The translations under genes were made by a program, and so were the position numbers. A DNA stretch of 20,249 bases from Pseudomonadota bacterium (GTDB lineage Bacteria > Myxococcota > JACRCW01 > JAFGSX01): positions 1 to 20,249 of the forward strand of contig JBDRCO010000055.1 of assembly GCA_043821645.1 (NCBI GenBank). Direction: 5' to 3'. The notes under the pieces are model-generated. The model searched no databases. It was given only the letters and a program-made list of their open reading frames with translations, and had not been told where the DNA came from. This document shows positions 1 through 8,033 of this stretch, in pieces. The number at the start of each line of letters is the position of its first letter. Position 1 is the first letter of the stretch.

Positions 1-1535
1 TAGCGTTGCCAACCGCGTTCGTAGTAACGAACCAGAACTGGCCGGTCCAGGTGGTTGACCTCGATGGCGGGAGGCCGCTGCAGGTCGCCCGGAAACACGA
101 ACAAGCCCTGCAGCGTGGCATCGTTGAGAAAGTTCAAGGACAGGCCGAGATGCAGGTCCGCCACTGCGATGTCGCGCCGCGAGGCCAGCGCGAACCCCCA
201 CTCCCCGAAGCTGGGCACGTTGACGTGATAGGGCCAGACCTTGAAGCGGCTGCGCAGGGTGTCGACGATGCACCAGAAGGCGTCGGCAGAATAGTAGGGG
301 CTGGTCGCCTGGGTCACCAGGGCACCTTCCGCGGTGAGGTGCTTGTCGATCAACTTGTAGAAACTGTCCGAGTACAGGCGTGCCAGGGCTGGACTTGAGG
401 GATCCGGCAGATCCACCAGGATGACGTCCCAGCTCTCGCGGCTGTCCTCGAGAAAGCGAGCCGCATCCATGTGGTGCAGGTGCATGCGGGGATCGCGAAA
501 AGCTCCCTGGTTGAGCCGAGACAGCATGTCGCGCTCGGTGAACAGCGTGGTCACGGCCGGATCCAGATCCACCAGATCCACGCGTTGCACCCGCGAGTGC
601 TTGAACACCTCGCGCGCTGCCATGCCATCGCCACCACCGAGGATGAGCACGCGCGTGGCGCCGGGGACCGCGGCCAGGACGGGCTGAACCAGACTCTCGT
701 GGTAACGCGCCTCGTCCGCGCTCGAGAACTGCAGATGCCCATCGAGGAAGAGGCGGAGGTCGTCGCGCCAGCGGGTGACCACGATGCGCTGGTAGGGTGT
801 GTCTCGCGCCAGCAGGATCTCGTCCTGGTACAGCCTGTCCTCGGCGAAGCGCGTCAGACCACCCGCCGTGATCAGACCCGCGCTCAGCCCCAGGGCTGTC
901 ACGCCCGCGATCCAGCGCAGGCGTTTCGGGTGTGCCATCTCGTCGCCCAGACGCCACAGCGCGAGGCCCGCCACGCCGACGTTGAGCAGGCCAAACAGGA
1001 AGGCGGAGCGGATCAGACCAAGCCAGGGAACCAGCACCAGGGGGAAAAGCAATGAGCCGATCAGGGCCCCCACGTAGTCGAGCGCGAGCACACTGGACAC
1101 GGCATTGGACAGGGCTTCGCGCTCGCGCAGCACGCGGATCACGAGCGGGATCTCGAGTCCTACCAGGGTGCCGACCAGCAGCGTGCTGGCGACGAGAAAT
1201 GGCACATACACGGGCAAGAAGGTGAAGGCATAGAAGAGGACCAGGGCCGACAAGCCCCCGGCCGCGCCGACGGCGATCTCGATGGCGACGAAGCTGCGCA
1301 GGGCATCCCGGACCACGTAGCGCGACAGGAAGCTCCCTATCCCCATGGCGAACATGAACAGGCCGATGACGATGGAGAACTGGGTCACCGAGGACCCGAC
1401 CAGGTAGCTCGATAGGGCACCGGCGACCAGTTCGTAGACCAGTCCGCAGGCTGCGACCACGAACACCGAGCCGAGCAGCAGGGCGTTGCGCCGCCGCGCC
1501 TGGAGGTCAGCGGGAACGGGTGTCGCGGTGGTCAT
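1..1535 (-). CDS. speE: Membrane-bound polyamine aminopropyltransferase (spermidine synthase family with N-terminal multi-TM domain); 3' end at or just beyond the window edge
   Basis: Not in the ORF track; translated by hand from ATG 1535: MTTATPVPADLQARRRNALLLGSVFVVAACGLVYELVAGALSSYLVGSSVTQFSIVIGLFMFAMGIGSFLSR... Catalytic domain has RVLILGGGDG (dcSAM binding), VDLVDLDP, DVILVDLPDP and VPSFGEWGF, and ends EVNHLDRPVLVRYYERGWQR followed by the truncated codon TA at positions 2-1 (stop or Tyr). 511 complete codons, with start and end in the same frame. Confidence 0.93.
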   Translation of the reverse strand, partial: MTTATPVPADLQARRRNALLLGSVFVVAACGLVYELVAGALSSYLVGSSVTQFSIVIGLFMFAMGIGSFLSRYVVRDALRSFVAIEIAVGAAGGLSALVLFYAFTFLPVYVPFLVASTLLVGTLVGLEIPLVIRVLREREALSNAVSSVLALDYVGALIGSLLFPLVLVPWLGLIRSAFLFGLLNVGVAGLALWRLGDEMAHPKRLRWIAGVTALGLSAGLITAGGLTRFAEDRLYQDEILLARDTPYQRIVVTRWRDDLRLFLDGHLQFSSADEARYHESLVQPVLAAVPGATRVLILGGGDGMAAREVFKHSRVQRVDLVDLDPAVTTLFTERDMLSRLNQGAFRDPRMHLHHMDAARFLEDSRESWDVILVDLPDPSSPALARLYSDSFYKLIDKHLTAEGALVTQATSPYYSADAFWCIVDTLRSRFKVWPYHVNVPSFGEWGFALASRRDIAVADLHLGLSLNFLNDATLQGLFVFPGDLQRPPAIEVNHLDRPVLVRYYERGWQR

Positions 1536-1602
1536 GCGTCGGCAAAAGTTCGGGCCCGGGAGATCCTGGACCTGGCAAGGTGGCGGCGGGGTTTCACGCT
1601 GT

Positions 1603-1824
1603 TCAGGTGATGGCGGCGGCGATGATGATCGCAAGGGCGATCATGATCGAGCCGATGATGATGCCCAGCGAGGTGTTCTGGTCTTCCTCGATCTCCTTGC
1701 GGATCGAGAAGGGCGTGACCTTGGTGATCAACCAGAACGCAATCCCGAACACCAGCACCCCGATGAGCGAGTAGGCGATGGTCGACGGGACGTGGCTCAG
1801 GTCCTTGAGGATGATGTCCAGCAT
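1603..1824 (-). CDS. DUF350 (YjfL-like) small membrane protein
   Basis: 73 aa with two hydrophobic helices flanking TPFSIRKEIEEDQNTSLGIIIGS, the typical DUF350 pattern. GGAG upstream of the ATG; usual position before a membrane aminopropyltransferase. Confidence 0.88.
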   Translation of the reverse strand: MLDIILKDLSHVPSTIAYSLIGVLVFGIAFWLITKVTPFSIRKEIEEDQNTSLGIIIGSIMIALAIIIAAAIT

Positions 1825-1842
1825 GTTGGATTCTCCGTGTTC

Positions 1843-2055
1843 TTACTTTCCGCCGCGGTAGCCGCCCACCCCGTGGCGGCGACCGACGACACCGAAATAA
1901 AGAAAGCCGCGTCCGCTGCGCTGGCGCTCGGCGCTCTCCTGGCGAATGCTCACCGGCTGCTTTTCGAGCGAGGACAGGCCCCAGCCGTAGGCGCTACCGA
2001 CCCACGCCATGCCCGTACCAGCCGTCAGCAGGATGATAAAGAGGATCTTCGCCAT
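1843..2055 (-). CDS. Small membrane-anchored protein with Gly/Arg-rich C-terminus
   Basis: 70 aa; GGAGG SD upstream of the ATG; N-terminal hydrophobic segment; C-terminus RRHGVGGYRGGK. Fills the gap between the DUF4178 and DUF350 genes with 27 and 18 bp spacers. Confidence 0.8.
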   Translation of the reverse strand: MAKILFIILLTAGTGMAWVGSAYGWGLSSLEKQPVSIRQESAERQRSGRGFLYFGVVGRRHGVGGYRGGK

Positions 2056-2082
2056 CCATCCCTCCTGGGCGCCGCGTCCGGC

Positions 2083-3999
2083 TCAATCGTCGTCATCGTC
2101 GTCCTCGACCGGGATGCGTCGTTTGTCGTGGGATCGTCGGCGCACGATCTCCTTGAGCGGATACACCGCGGCCAGGACGAGCATGATCAGGAAGTAGCGC
2201 GACAGCATCACGCCCTCGCGCAGCACCAGCGTCACCGAGGGACCGCCGGCGCTTTCCGGGGTCTCGCCCTGCCCCGCGGTACCGAACACCAGCAGCCGGT
2301 ACGTTCCTGGCTTGTCGACGCGGACGTACTCCGAGAAGCTGTTCGAACCCTCGCTCCAGGACTCGCCACCCTCGACACCGTGGTAGTAGCTGGCCTCGCC
2401 GTCGGTCTCCAGGCAGACCTCGTCGTTCTGGTTGACCAGGCCGAAGTTGAGCGCCACCCAGGCGTTATCGACGCTGGCACGGCCAGAGATCTCGAGCACC
2501 GAGGGCTTGAGCTTGAGCTGAAAGGGCTCGCTCATCCATTCGCTGCGGTACTGCTCGGCACCGAGCTGCACCTTCGCCACCACCCGGCCGGACTTGGTGA
2601 ACGAGACACCCAGTAGCCCCAGGTTGACGACCGCAAACAGGGCGCCGAGCCACATCAGGGCGGTCTGCGTGCCCGTGCGCACGAAGGGCTGCGCCGCGGC
2701 CACACCCGAGCCCTCGCGCAGGCGCGTCTTGAAACCAGCGTTGAGTTCGCTCACCGGAACGTGGCGCCCCTCGAACATCTCGCGCTCGCCGCCGTCGGCG
2801 GTCTCGGAGATCTCCACCGAGTAGCTGCGCGGTGGGGCCACCAGGTCCGCGTAGCGCGCGCGGTCGCCGACCCGGGCCACCCAGGGCAGGGCACCGTCGA
2901 CGTAGGCCAGAGTCTGCACCCCGCTCTCGACGAACTCCCAGGTGGTGTCCCCGATGCCGACCTTGTCCCGAGGCGCCATGGAGAACAGGTCGAGGCCAGG
3001 CTGCAGGTGGCTGCGCGCGCTCAGGGTCCAGTGCCCGCTGTCGCTCTTCTCGAGCCAGCGATAGCCGGCGCGCTCCTGATACAGCAGGTACTCTTCGGAG
3101 CTGTAGGTCAGGCCCTCGTCCATCTCCTCGTGGCGCATGCGGCCGACCACCTCGAAGGCGATCTTGTCGAGCACTCCCTTGTGGCCGATCTCGAGATCGA
3201 AGCTTGGCTTCTCGCGGTTCTGCATGACCACGCGGGTCTGGGTCTGATCCAGTTCGAGACCCGCGCCACAGCTCGAGCACACAAGCATCTCTGTGTCGGG
3301 CGGGAAGCGGCCTTCGACCGGCGAACCGCAGCCTGCACAGCGCACGCCCTGCCCCGCAGTGACCACCTCGGGGAAGGCGGGGCCACCATCGACCCGCACC
3401 GCGTCGCGTTCGAGAAACTGACCTGCGAACAGGGACGGCGCACCGGCCTCGTCGTACTCGATGCCCAGGCTCAGCTTGCCCTCCGGATTCGACAGGTCGG
3501 CGAAGGGATAGATCTCCTCGGGAAGGACCACCCAGGGGACCTGTCCCTCGACGCCCAGACACGCGGCCTTGCCCAGCTCCTCGATCACCCACTCGCGACC
3601 ATGCACGGTCAGCGGCATGCCCACGCGCAGTGCCGTGAAAGCAGGCACCGACGGGTCCGGGGGGACGGGCCGCTCGAGCGAGAACTCCTTCTCGTCCTCG
3701 GTGAGCCAGACGATGTTCTGGCCATCGTCCTCGAGGAACCACTCGTCCCACACGCCGGCGCGGTGGCTGTATCGAACGCGGCCGAGGACCACCAGGTCCT
3801 TGCCGGACAGGGTGCAGGTCTCACCCACGCGCAGTGCTGACGACGGGGGATCCAGGATGGCCTTCTTGCCGGAATCGTGGACGGCCTGGGCATCCCAGTA
3901 GAACAGGGTCGAGCAGTGATCGCAGGCAATAGCGGTGATACCGGGGTTCTTGAGCGCATGCTCTGAACCACAGCTGGGGCACTGCACCGCGCTGCTCAC
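2083..3999 (-). CDS. Tandem Zn-ribbon/DUF4178 membrane protein
   Basis: Start refined to GTG 3999 (GAGGAGG 6 nt upstream). Two modules, each a CxxC...CxxC ribbon (CPSC/CDHC and CAGC/CSSC) followed by a DUF4178-like domain (VLGRVRY..WDEWFL; VVGRMRH..SEEYLL; VEGQVPW / VDGALPW). Then a TM helix, a beta-rich domain, a second TM and an acidic tail EDDDDDD. Confidence 0.85.
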   Translation of the reverse strand: MSSAVQCPSCGSEHALKNPGITAIACDHCSTLFYWDAQAVHDSGKKAILDPPSSALRVGETCTLSGKDLVVLGRVRYSHRAGVWDEWFLEDDGQNIVWLTEDEKEFSLERPVPPDPSVPAFTALRVGMPLTVHGREWVIEELGKAACLGVEGQVPWVVLPEEIYPFADLSNPEGKLSLGIEYDEAGAPSLFAGQFLERDAVRVDGGPAFPEVVTAGQGVRCAGCGSPVEGRFPPDTEMLVCSSCGAGLELDQTQTRVVMQNREKPSFDLEIGHKGVLDKIAFEVVGRMRHEEMDEGLTYSSEEYLLYQERAGYRWLEKSDSGHWTLSARSHLQPGLDLFSMAPRDKVGIGDTTWEFVESGVQTLAYVDGALPWVARVGDRARYADLVAPPRSYSVEISETADGGEREMFEGRHVPVSELNAGFKTRLREGSGVAAAQPFVRTGTQTALMWLGALFAVVNLGLLGVSFTKSGRVVAKVQLGAEQYRSEWMSEPFQLKLKPSVLEISGRASVDNAWVALNFGLVNQNDEVCLETDGEASYYHGVEGGESWSEGSNSFSEYVRVDKPGTYRLLVFGTAGQGETPESAGGPSVTLVLREGVMLSRYFLIMLVLAAVYPLKEIVRRRSHDKRRIPVEDDDDDD

Positions 4000-4062
4000 C
4001 CTCGACCTCCTCGACACGGGGCACGGTAGATGGTTCGGGCGCGGGGTGTCAACACGACGACC

Positions 4063-5751
4063 TCAATCCACATCGATGAGTTTTTGCCCCGCTGGCAGCT
4101 TGTCGTAGCCGATGCGCACCTCGACCTGCATCTGGCCATCCTTGTCACCCCAGTCGCCAGGTCCGACAAAGCGTCGAACCTCGGGCTCGCCCACCGGAGC
4201 CACCAGGAGGGTGTGCTCGACGTCGATATCCACGTTATCCACGCGCAGTGGGGTCAGGCCGTGCTTCTTGCCATCGACCCTGACCTCGGCGCCCGACGGG
4301 AAGGTCTTGATGATGATCGAGCCCACGCGAACCGGCCGCTGCTCGACGATGCGCCGCCACAGCAAGGGAATTTGCTCGCGCCCAACTACAGCCAGGGCCC
4401 CCAGCACGATCAGGACCACGATCAGGGGCAGGGCCAGGGTCCGCCCCACCGATCGCGGCTTGAGCCCGCTGGCGTTGGCAATGGCCAGCAGCTCGGCATC
4501 GTCGCCAATGAGGCTCGCCCAGTTGATCTCGTCGTTCTGGGCAAGCACCGAGGTCTTGAGCACCTCGCTGTGGGGCGCGCCTGCCGCTGGCACCGCGGTC
4601 ATGGGGCGTGGGCGCGGTGCCCGAGGAGGCGCCTCGAAAAGTTCCTTGGACTGGACCTGATCTTCGGGAGCGGGTGCACCGTCCGTCGCCACGGAGGGGG
4701 GCAGGGACCTCCCTGGAGCGGGCCCGTGGGCCGTCGTCGAGGCGCCCCTGGATATTGCAGGCTCGGGCATGGAGCCGAGCTTGTCGAGGGGAGCCACCTC
4801 GCGCGCCTCGGGATTCTGGATCGCACGAACCAGGTCCGAGAGTCCACGGCCGGTGACCGACATGCCCGAAACTGCCACCTCCCGGCGCAGGGCTTCTTCG
4901 AGTTCCTGGGCGTTCTGGTAGCGATCCTCGGGCTTGAGGGACAGCATGAGCTCGAGCAGACCGTCGAGGCGCACCCCGAGCTCGGCGCGATACGCGGACG
5001 GCGGCTGCACGGCGCCCTGCTCCACCAGCATGCGCATGGTGGCGACGTCGCGGACCCGGAACAGGCGCCGGACCGTGAGCAGCTCGTGCAGGATGATGCC
5101 CAGGCAGTAGATGTCCGAGCGGTGGTCCACCGAGAACCCGAACAGCTGCTCGGGGGACATGTAGCCTGGCGTGCCCTTGATCACCCCGGACGCCGTCTGA
5201 TGTCGCCGTGTCGACGCGCGCGCGATGCCAAAGTCGAGGATCTTCACCTCACCGGCCGGGGTGATGACGATGTTGCGCGGATTGATGTCGCGGTGAACGA
5301 TCCCCAGTCCCTTGCCGTCGGCACCGGCCTTGCCGTGCGCATAACCCAGGCCCTTGGCTACCTCGGCAGCGACGTAGAGACAGTAGGGAGCGGGGAGCGC
5401 CTTGCCGTGGGTGAAGCAGTCGCGGAGCACGTCCAGGACAGTGGGCCCCTCGACGTATTCCATGGCGATGTAGTAGGCGCCTCCAAACTCGCCGAGTTCG
5501 TAGATGGGCACGATGTTGCCATGGGTCAGCGCCACGGCAATCTTGGCCTCGTCGACGAACATCTGCACGAACGAGGCTTTCTGCGCGTACTTGGGCAGGA
5601 TCTTCTTGACGACCATCTCTTTTTCGAAGCCGTCGACACCGAAGATCTTGGCGCGATACACCTCGGCCATGCCGCCCACAGCGAGCAATTCGGTGAGCAG
5701 GTACTTCCCGAAGGGGATGGGAAACGCTTGGTCTGGCTGAGCCGTCGTCAC
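4063..5751 (-). CDS. Membrane Hanks-type Ser/Thr protein kinase with C-terminal PEGA domain
   Basis: LAVGGMAEVY, VVKK, HRDINPRN, DFG and GTPGYMSPEQ motifs; Pro/Ala linker; TM LALPLIVVLIVLGALAVV; PEGA-like IIIKTFPSGAEVRVDGKKHGLTPL. Start refined to GTG 5751 (GAGGAG 7 nt upstream). Confidence 0.93.
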   Translation of the reverse strand: MTTAQPDQAFPIPFGKYLLTELLAVGGMAEVYRAKIFGVDGFEKEMVVKKILPKYAQKASFVQMFVDEAKIAVALTHGNIVPIYELGEFGGAYYIAMEYVEGPTVLDVLRDCFTHGKALPAPYCLYVAAEVAKGLGYAHGKAGADGKGLGIVHRDINPRNIVITPAGEVKILDFGIARASTRRHQTASGVIKGTPGYMSPEQLFGFSVDHRSDIYCLGIILHELLTVRRLFRVRDVATMRMLVEQGAVQPPSAYRAELGVRLDGLLELMLSLKPEDRYQNAQELEEALRREVAVSGMSVTGRGLSDLVRAIQNPEAREVAPLDKLGSMPEPAISRGASTTAHGPAPGRSLPPSVATDGAPAPEDQVQSKELFEAPPRAPRPRPMTAVPAAGAPHSEVLKTSVLAQNDEINWASLIGDDAELLAIANASGLKPRSVGRTLALPLIVVLIVLGALAVVGREQIPLLWRRIVEQRPVRVGSIIIKTFPSGAEVRVDGKKHGLTPLRVDNVDIDVEHTLLVAPVGEPEVRRFVGPGDWGDKDGQMQVEVRIGYDKLPAGQKLIDVD

Positions 5752-5862
5752 GCGCGTTCTCCTCGTGGGGTGCATGCTACTCTGCCCCGGACCCCGCCAC
5801 AAGGACGACGCTGCGATCGGCAGAGGCGCCCGGGCATCGCCACCACCGACGCTGCGCAGGCC

Positions 5863-7122
5863 TCAGGGTAGGGAGCGGAGGGTATGCACGACCACGGGCT
5901 GGGAGAGCCCCTTGACCTCGAAGCTGCCGAGCTGCTGGCTGTCGAGGTCACCCGCGGCCCGCCTGGTGCTTTCGGAGAGCAAGATGTCCTGACCCAGCTC
6001 CCGGGTCAGGCCCTCGATGCGCGAGGCCAGGTTGACCGTGTCTCCGACCACCGTGTAGTCGCGGTGGTGCTTCGAGCCCACGCTCCCCAGGACCAGCTCT
6101 CCGGTATGCAGGCCGACGCCGACGCGGGTGGCCTCACCGCCAGGGCGAGGGACCTGCCGTGCCGCCTCGACCAGGCCCCAGGCGGCCTGCAGAGCATGGC
6201 GCGCATGATCGGGGTCCTCCTCAGGTGCGCCGAACACCGCAAGCAAGCCATCTCCCATGAACTTGTTGACCATGCCCCGGTTGCTGGCCACCACGGCGCA
6301 CACGCGATCGAAGTAGCGGTTGAGATAGTCGACCACCACCTCGGGGGGCACCGCGGCGGACAAGGTGGTGAAGCCGCGAATATCCGCGAACAGCACGGTG
6401 ACCGTGCGCCGCTCACCGGCCAGGGCGAGGCTGCCACTGAGCACTTGCTCCAGGGCCTGCTCTGAAACGTACTCGCCGAACAGGTGGCGCAGCCGCTCCT
6501 CCTCGACCAGTGCCGCCGAGGTCCGAACCGCGATGCCGCGTCCAAGGTGTGCCACCACGCCGGCGAGCACACCGGCTGCGCACAGCATCACGATTCGCTG
6601 CACGGCATGCCCCCAGGACAGCGAGGGCAAGTCGAGGACGTGCTCCGGGCGGATGTCGGGTCGACACAGCACGTACAGCACGCCCTGCTGTGCGGCGCCC
6701 AGCACACCGGCGTAGACCGCGAGCGCCGGCCGCCAGCGCACCCCGGAGGCGATGACCGCGACGAAGACGAGCAGCACGGGTGTACTGGTAAAAGCGTAGC
6801 GTCCTCCCAAGAAATGCAGGTCGATGAGCGACACCACCAGCGGCACGCTGACCTCGAGGGTCACGTTGACGGGTTGCACCTGGTGCAGCCAGTCCCTGCG
6901 GCGCAGCAAGCGCGGTACCACGGCGCCGGTGTACACCCCGAAGGCCACCGCCAGGCCGACGAGGGCGAGCCCGAGCCTCAGGTGAACCGTGAGCATGTAC
7001 GCGCCCGCCAGGGCACCCACACCCGCCACACCCAGGGCCACCCGGGCCAGGTTGCGCTCGTTGATCGTGAGCTGCCTGGCCAGCTCGACATCGAAGCGCG
7101 GCGAGTGTGTGGACCTGATCAT
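5863..7122 (-). CDS. Membrane-integral class III adenylate/guanylate cyclase (residues favour adenylate cyclase)
   Basis: About 6 TM helices then TVLFADIRGFT, NKFMGDG, DYTVVGDTVNLASRIE and FEVKG. Both metal-binding Asp, the ATP-specifying Lys/Thr and the catalytic Asn/Arg are present. Start uncertain (ATG 7122 vs GTG 7149). Confidence 0.92.
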   Translation of the reverse strand: MIRSTHSPRFDVELARQLTINERNLARVALGVAGVGALAGAYMLTVHLRLGLALVGLAVAFGVYTGAVVPRLLRRRDWLHQVQPVNVTLEVSVPLVVSLIDLHFLGGRYAFTSTPVLLVFVAVIASGVRWRPALAVYAGVLGAAQQGVLYVLCRPDIRPEHVLDLPSLSWGHAVQRIVMLCAAGVLAGVVAHLGRGIAVRTSAALVEEERLRHLFGEYVSEQALEQVLSGSLALAGERRTVTVLFADIRGFTTLSAAVPPEVVVDYLNRYFDRVCAVVASNRGMVNKFMGDGLLAVFGAPEEDPDHARHALQAAWGLVEAARQVPRPGGEATRVGVGLHTGELVLGSVGSKHHRDYTVVGDTVNLASRIEGLTRELGQDILLSESTRRAAGDLDSQQLGSFEVKGLSQPVVVHTLRSLP

Positions 7123-7373
7123 GGTTCGGGAATTCTCCCCCAATCGCACCGCGGTTCACAATCCTGCTCGACGGGAAACCCGGGCTCTCACCGTCCAAGG
7201 TGTCGCGATGACCATCCACAGTCCATCGTGATGGTCCGCAGTGCCGAGGACCTGCCGCTGTGGCGCAAGGACAACACTGGCGTGGCAGCGGCGCCTCGGA
7301 TTCAGGCCTGTGGCGGCTGCGATGCAGAAGGCCGGGATCGATTTCTCGACGAGAATCAAGCCTCGCGACAATC

Positions 7374-7389
7374 TGGTACAGCTTTCGCA
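7374..7389 (+). promoter_or_regulatory. Candidate sigma-54 (-24/-12) promoter
   Basis: TGGTACAGCTTTCGCA has the GG-N10-GC spacing and matches 9 of 12 conserved positions of TGGCACG-N4-TTGCW. It lies in the 448-bp divergent intergenic region, about 180 bp upstream of the lipoprotein gene. Confidence 0.35.
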
Positions 7390-7570
7390 GTGCCTCTCAC
7401 CGTGGCGTCGTGACGGGTCCGGATGGTCCGGTCTCGACGGGCTCGCACGCGAGACAGAGCACGGCACGGTGCCTCTTGCCTGGTCGACCAGCGCGCGATG
7501 GCGACGGACAGGCAGGCATGTGGGTCTGACTCTGCTCGCGGCGAGTTCATGGCGCCCAGGAGGTCCCGCG

Positions 7571-8005
7571 ATGTCCACTGCGATCAAGAGTTGTACACTT
7601 TTGTCGATACTCGTTCTGGCGCTGGCGATCACAGCCTGCCCCCAGGGTCAATACACGGTGGCTGGCACGGTGACCGCCGCCGCGGATGGGGCTGCCCTGG
7701 CCGGGATCAAGGTGAGCTGCCAGGTCGAGGGCGGCGTCGCCCAGGAGGTTTTCACCGCTGGCGTGCCGTCCGACGATGCGGGAAGCGCGGATGCCGGAAG
7801 CGAGGATGCCGACATCCTGGCGCCAGGTGCCTTCCGCTGCAGCGCGCCAGCATCTGGCAATGCGGCCACCGCATCAGTGACCGTGAGCTTCGAGGACGTG
7901 GATGGCGCCGAGCAGGGTGGTGACTTCGCCGCTGCCGAGGCCACCGTCGAGGTTTCTCTCGACGGCGAGGCCACCCTGGATCAGGTCCTCGAGCTCAAGC
8001 CGTGA
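7571..8005 (+). CDS. Lipoprotein with carboxypeptidase-regulatory-like beta-sandwich; resembles 'radical SAM-associated putative lipoprotein'
   Basis: AGGAGG 7 nt before ATG 7571; signal peptide with lipobox LAITAC; YTVAGTVT...LAGIKVS; VSFEDVDGAEQGGDF. The longer ORF from 7241 is an unlikely upstream extension. Confidence 0.8.
   Translation: MSTAIKSCTLLSILVLALAITACPQGQYTVAGTVTAAADGAALAGIKVSCQVEGGVAQEVFTAGVPSDDAGSADAGSEDADILAPGAFRCSAPASGNAATASVTVSFEDVDGAEQGGDFAAAEATVEVSLDGEATLDQVLELKP
7775..7810 (+). repeat. 15-bp imperfect tandem repeat (2.4 copies) encoding DAGSA-DAGSE-DA
   Basis: GATGCGGGAAGCGCG / GATGCCGGAAGCGAG / GATGCC. Confidence 0.7.
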
Positions 8006-8033
8006 GCCGTGCGCGCCTGTACCGTCGTCGGTG

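Noticed and set aside
6..1077. Plus-strand ORFs 6-398, 421-687, 471-1055 and 799-1077
   Set aside because: Antisense shadows of the minus-strand aminopropyltransferase; no motifs.
1486..5871. Long alternative ORFs (1486-2616, 2465-3751, 2761-3840, 4030-5871)
   Set aside because: Stop-poor antisense or off-frame shadows expected at high GC; they overlap well-supported genes.
7231..7413. Possible 60-aa ORF MVRSAEDLPLW... containing CGGC
   Set aside because: No SD, weak codon bias, and it is only the tail of an antisense shadow ORF; cannot be supported.
7241..7570. 110-aa N-terminal extension of the lipoprotein ORF
   Set aside because: A strong SD and signal peptide at ATG 7571 define the real start.
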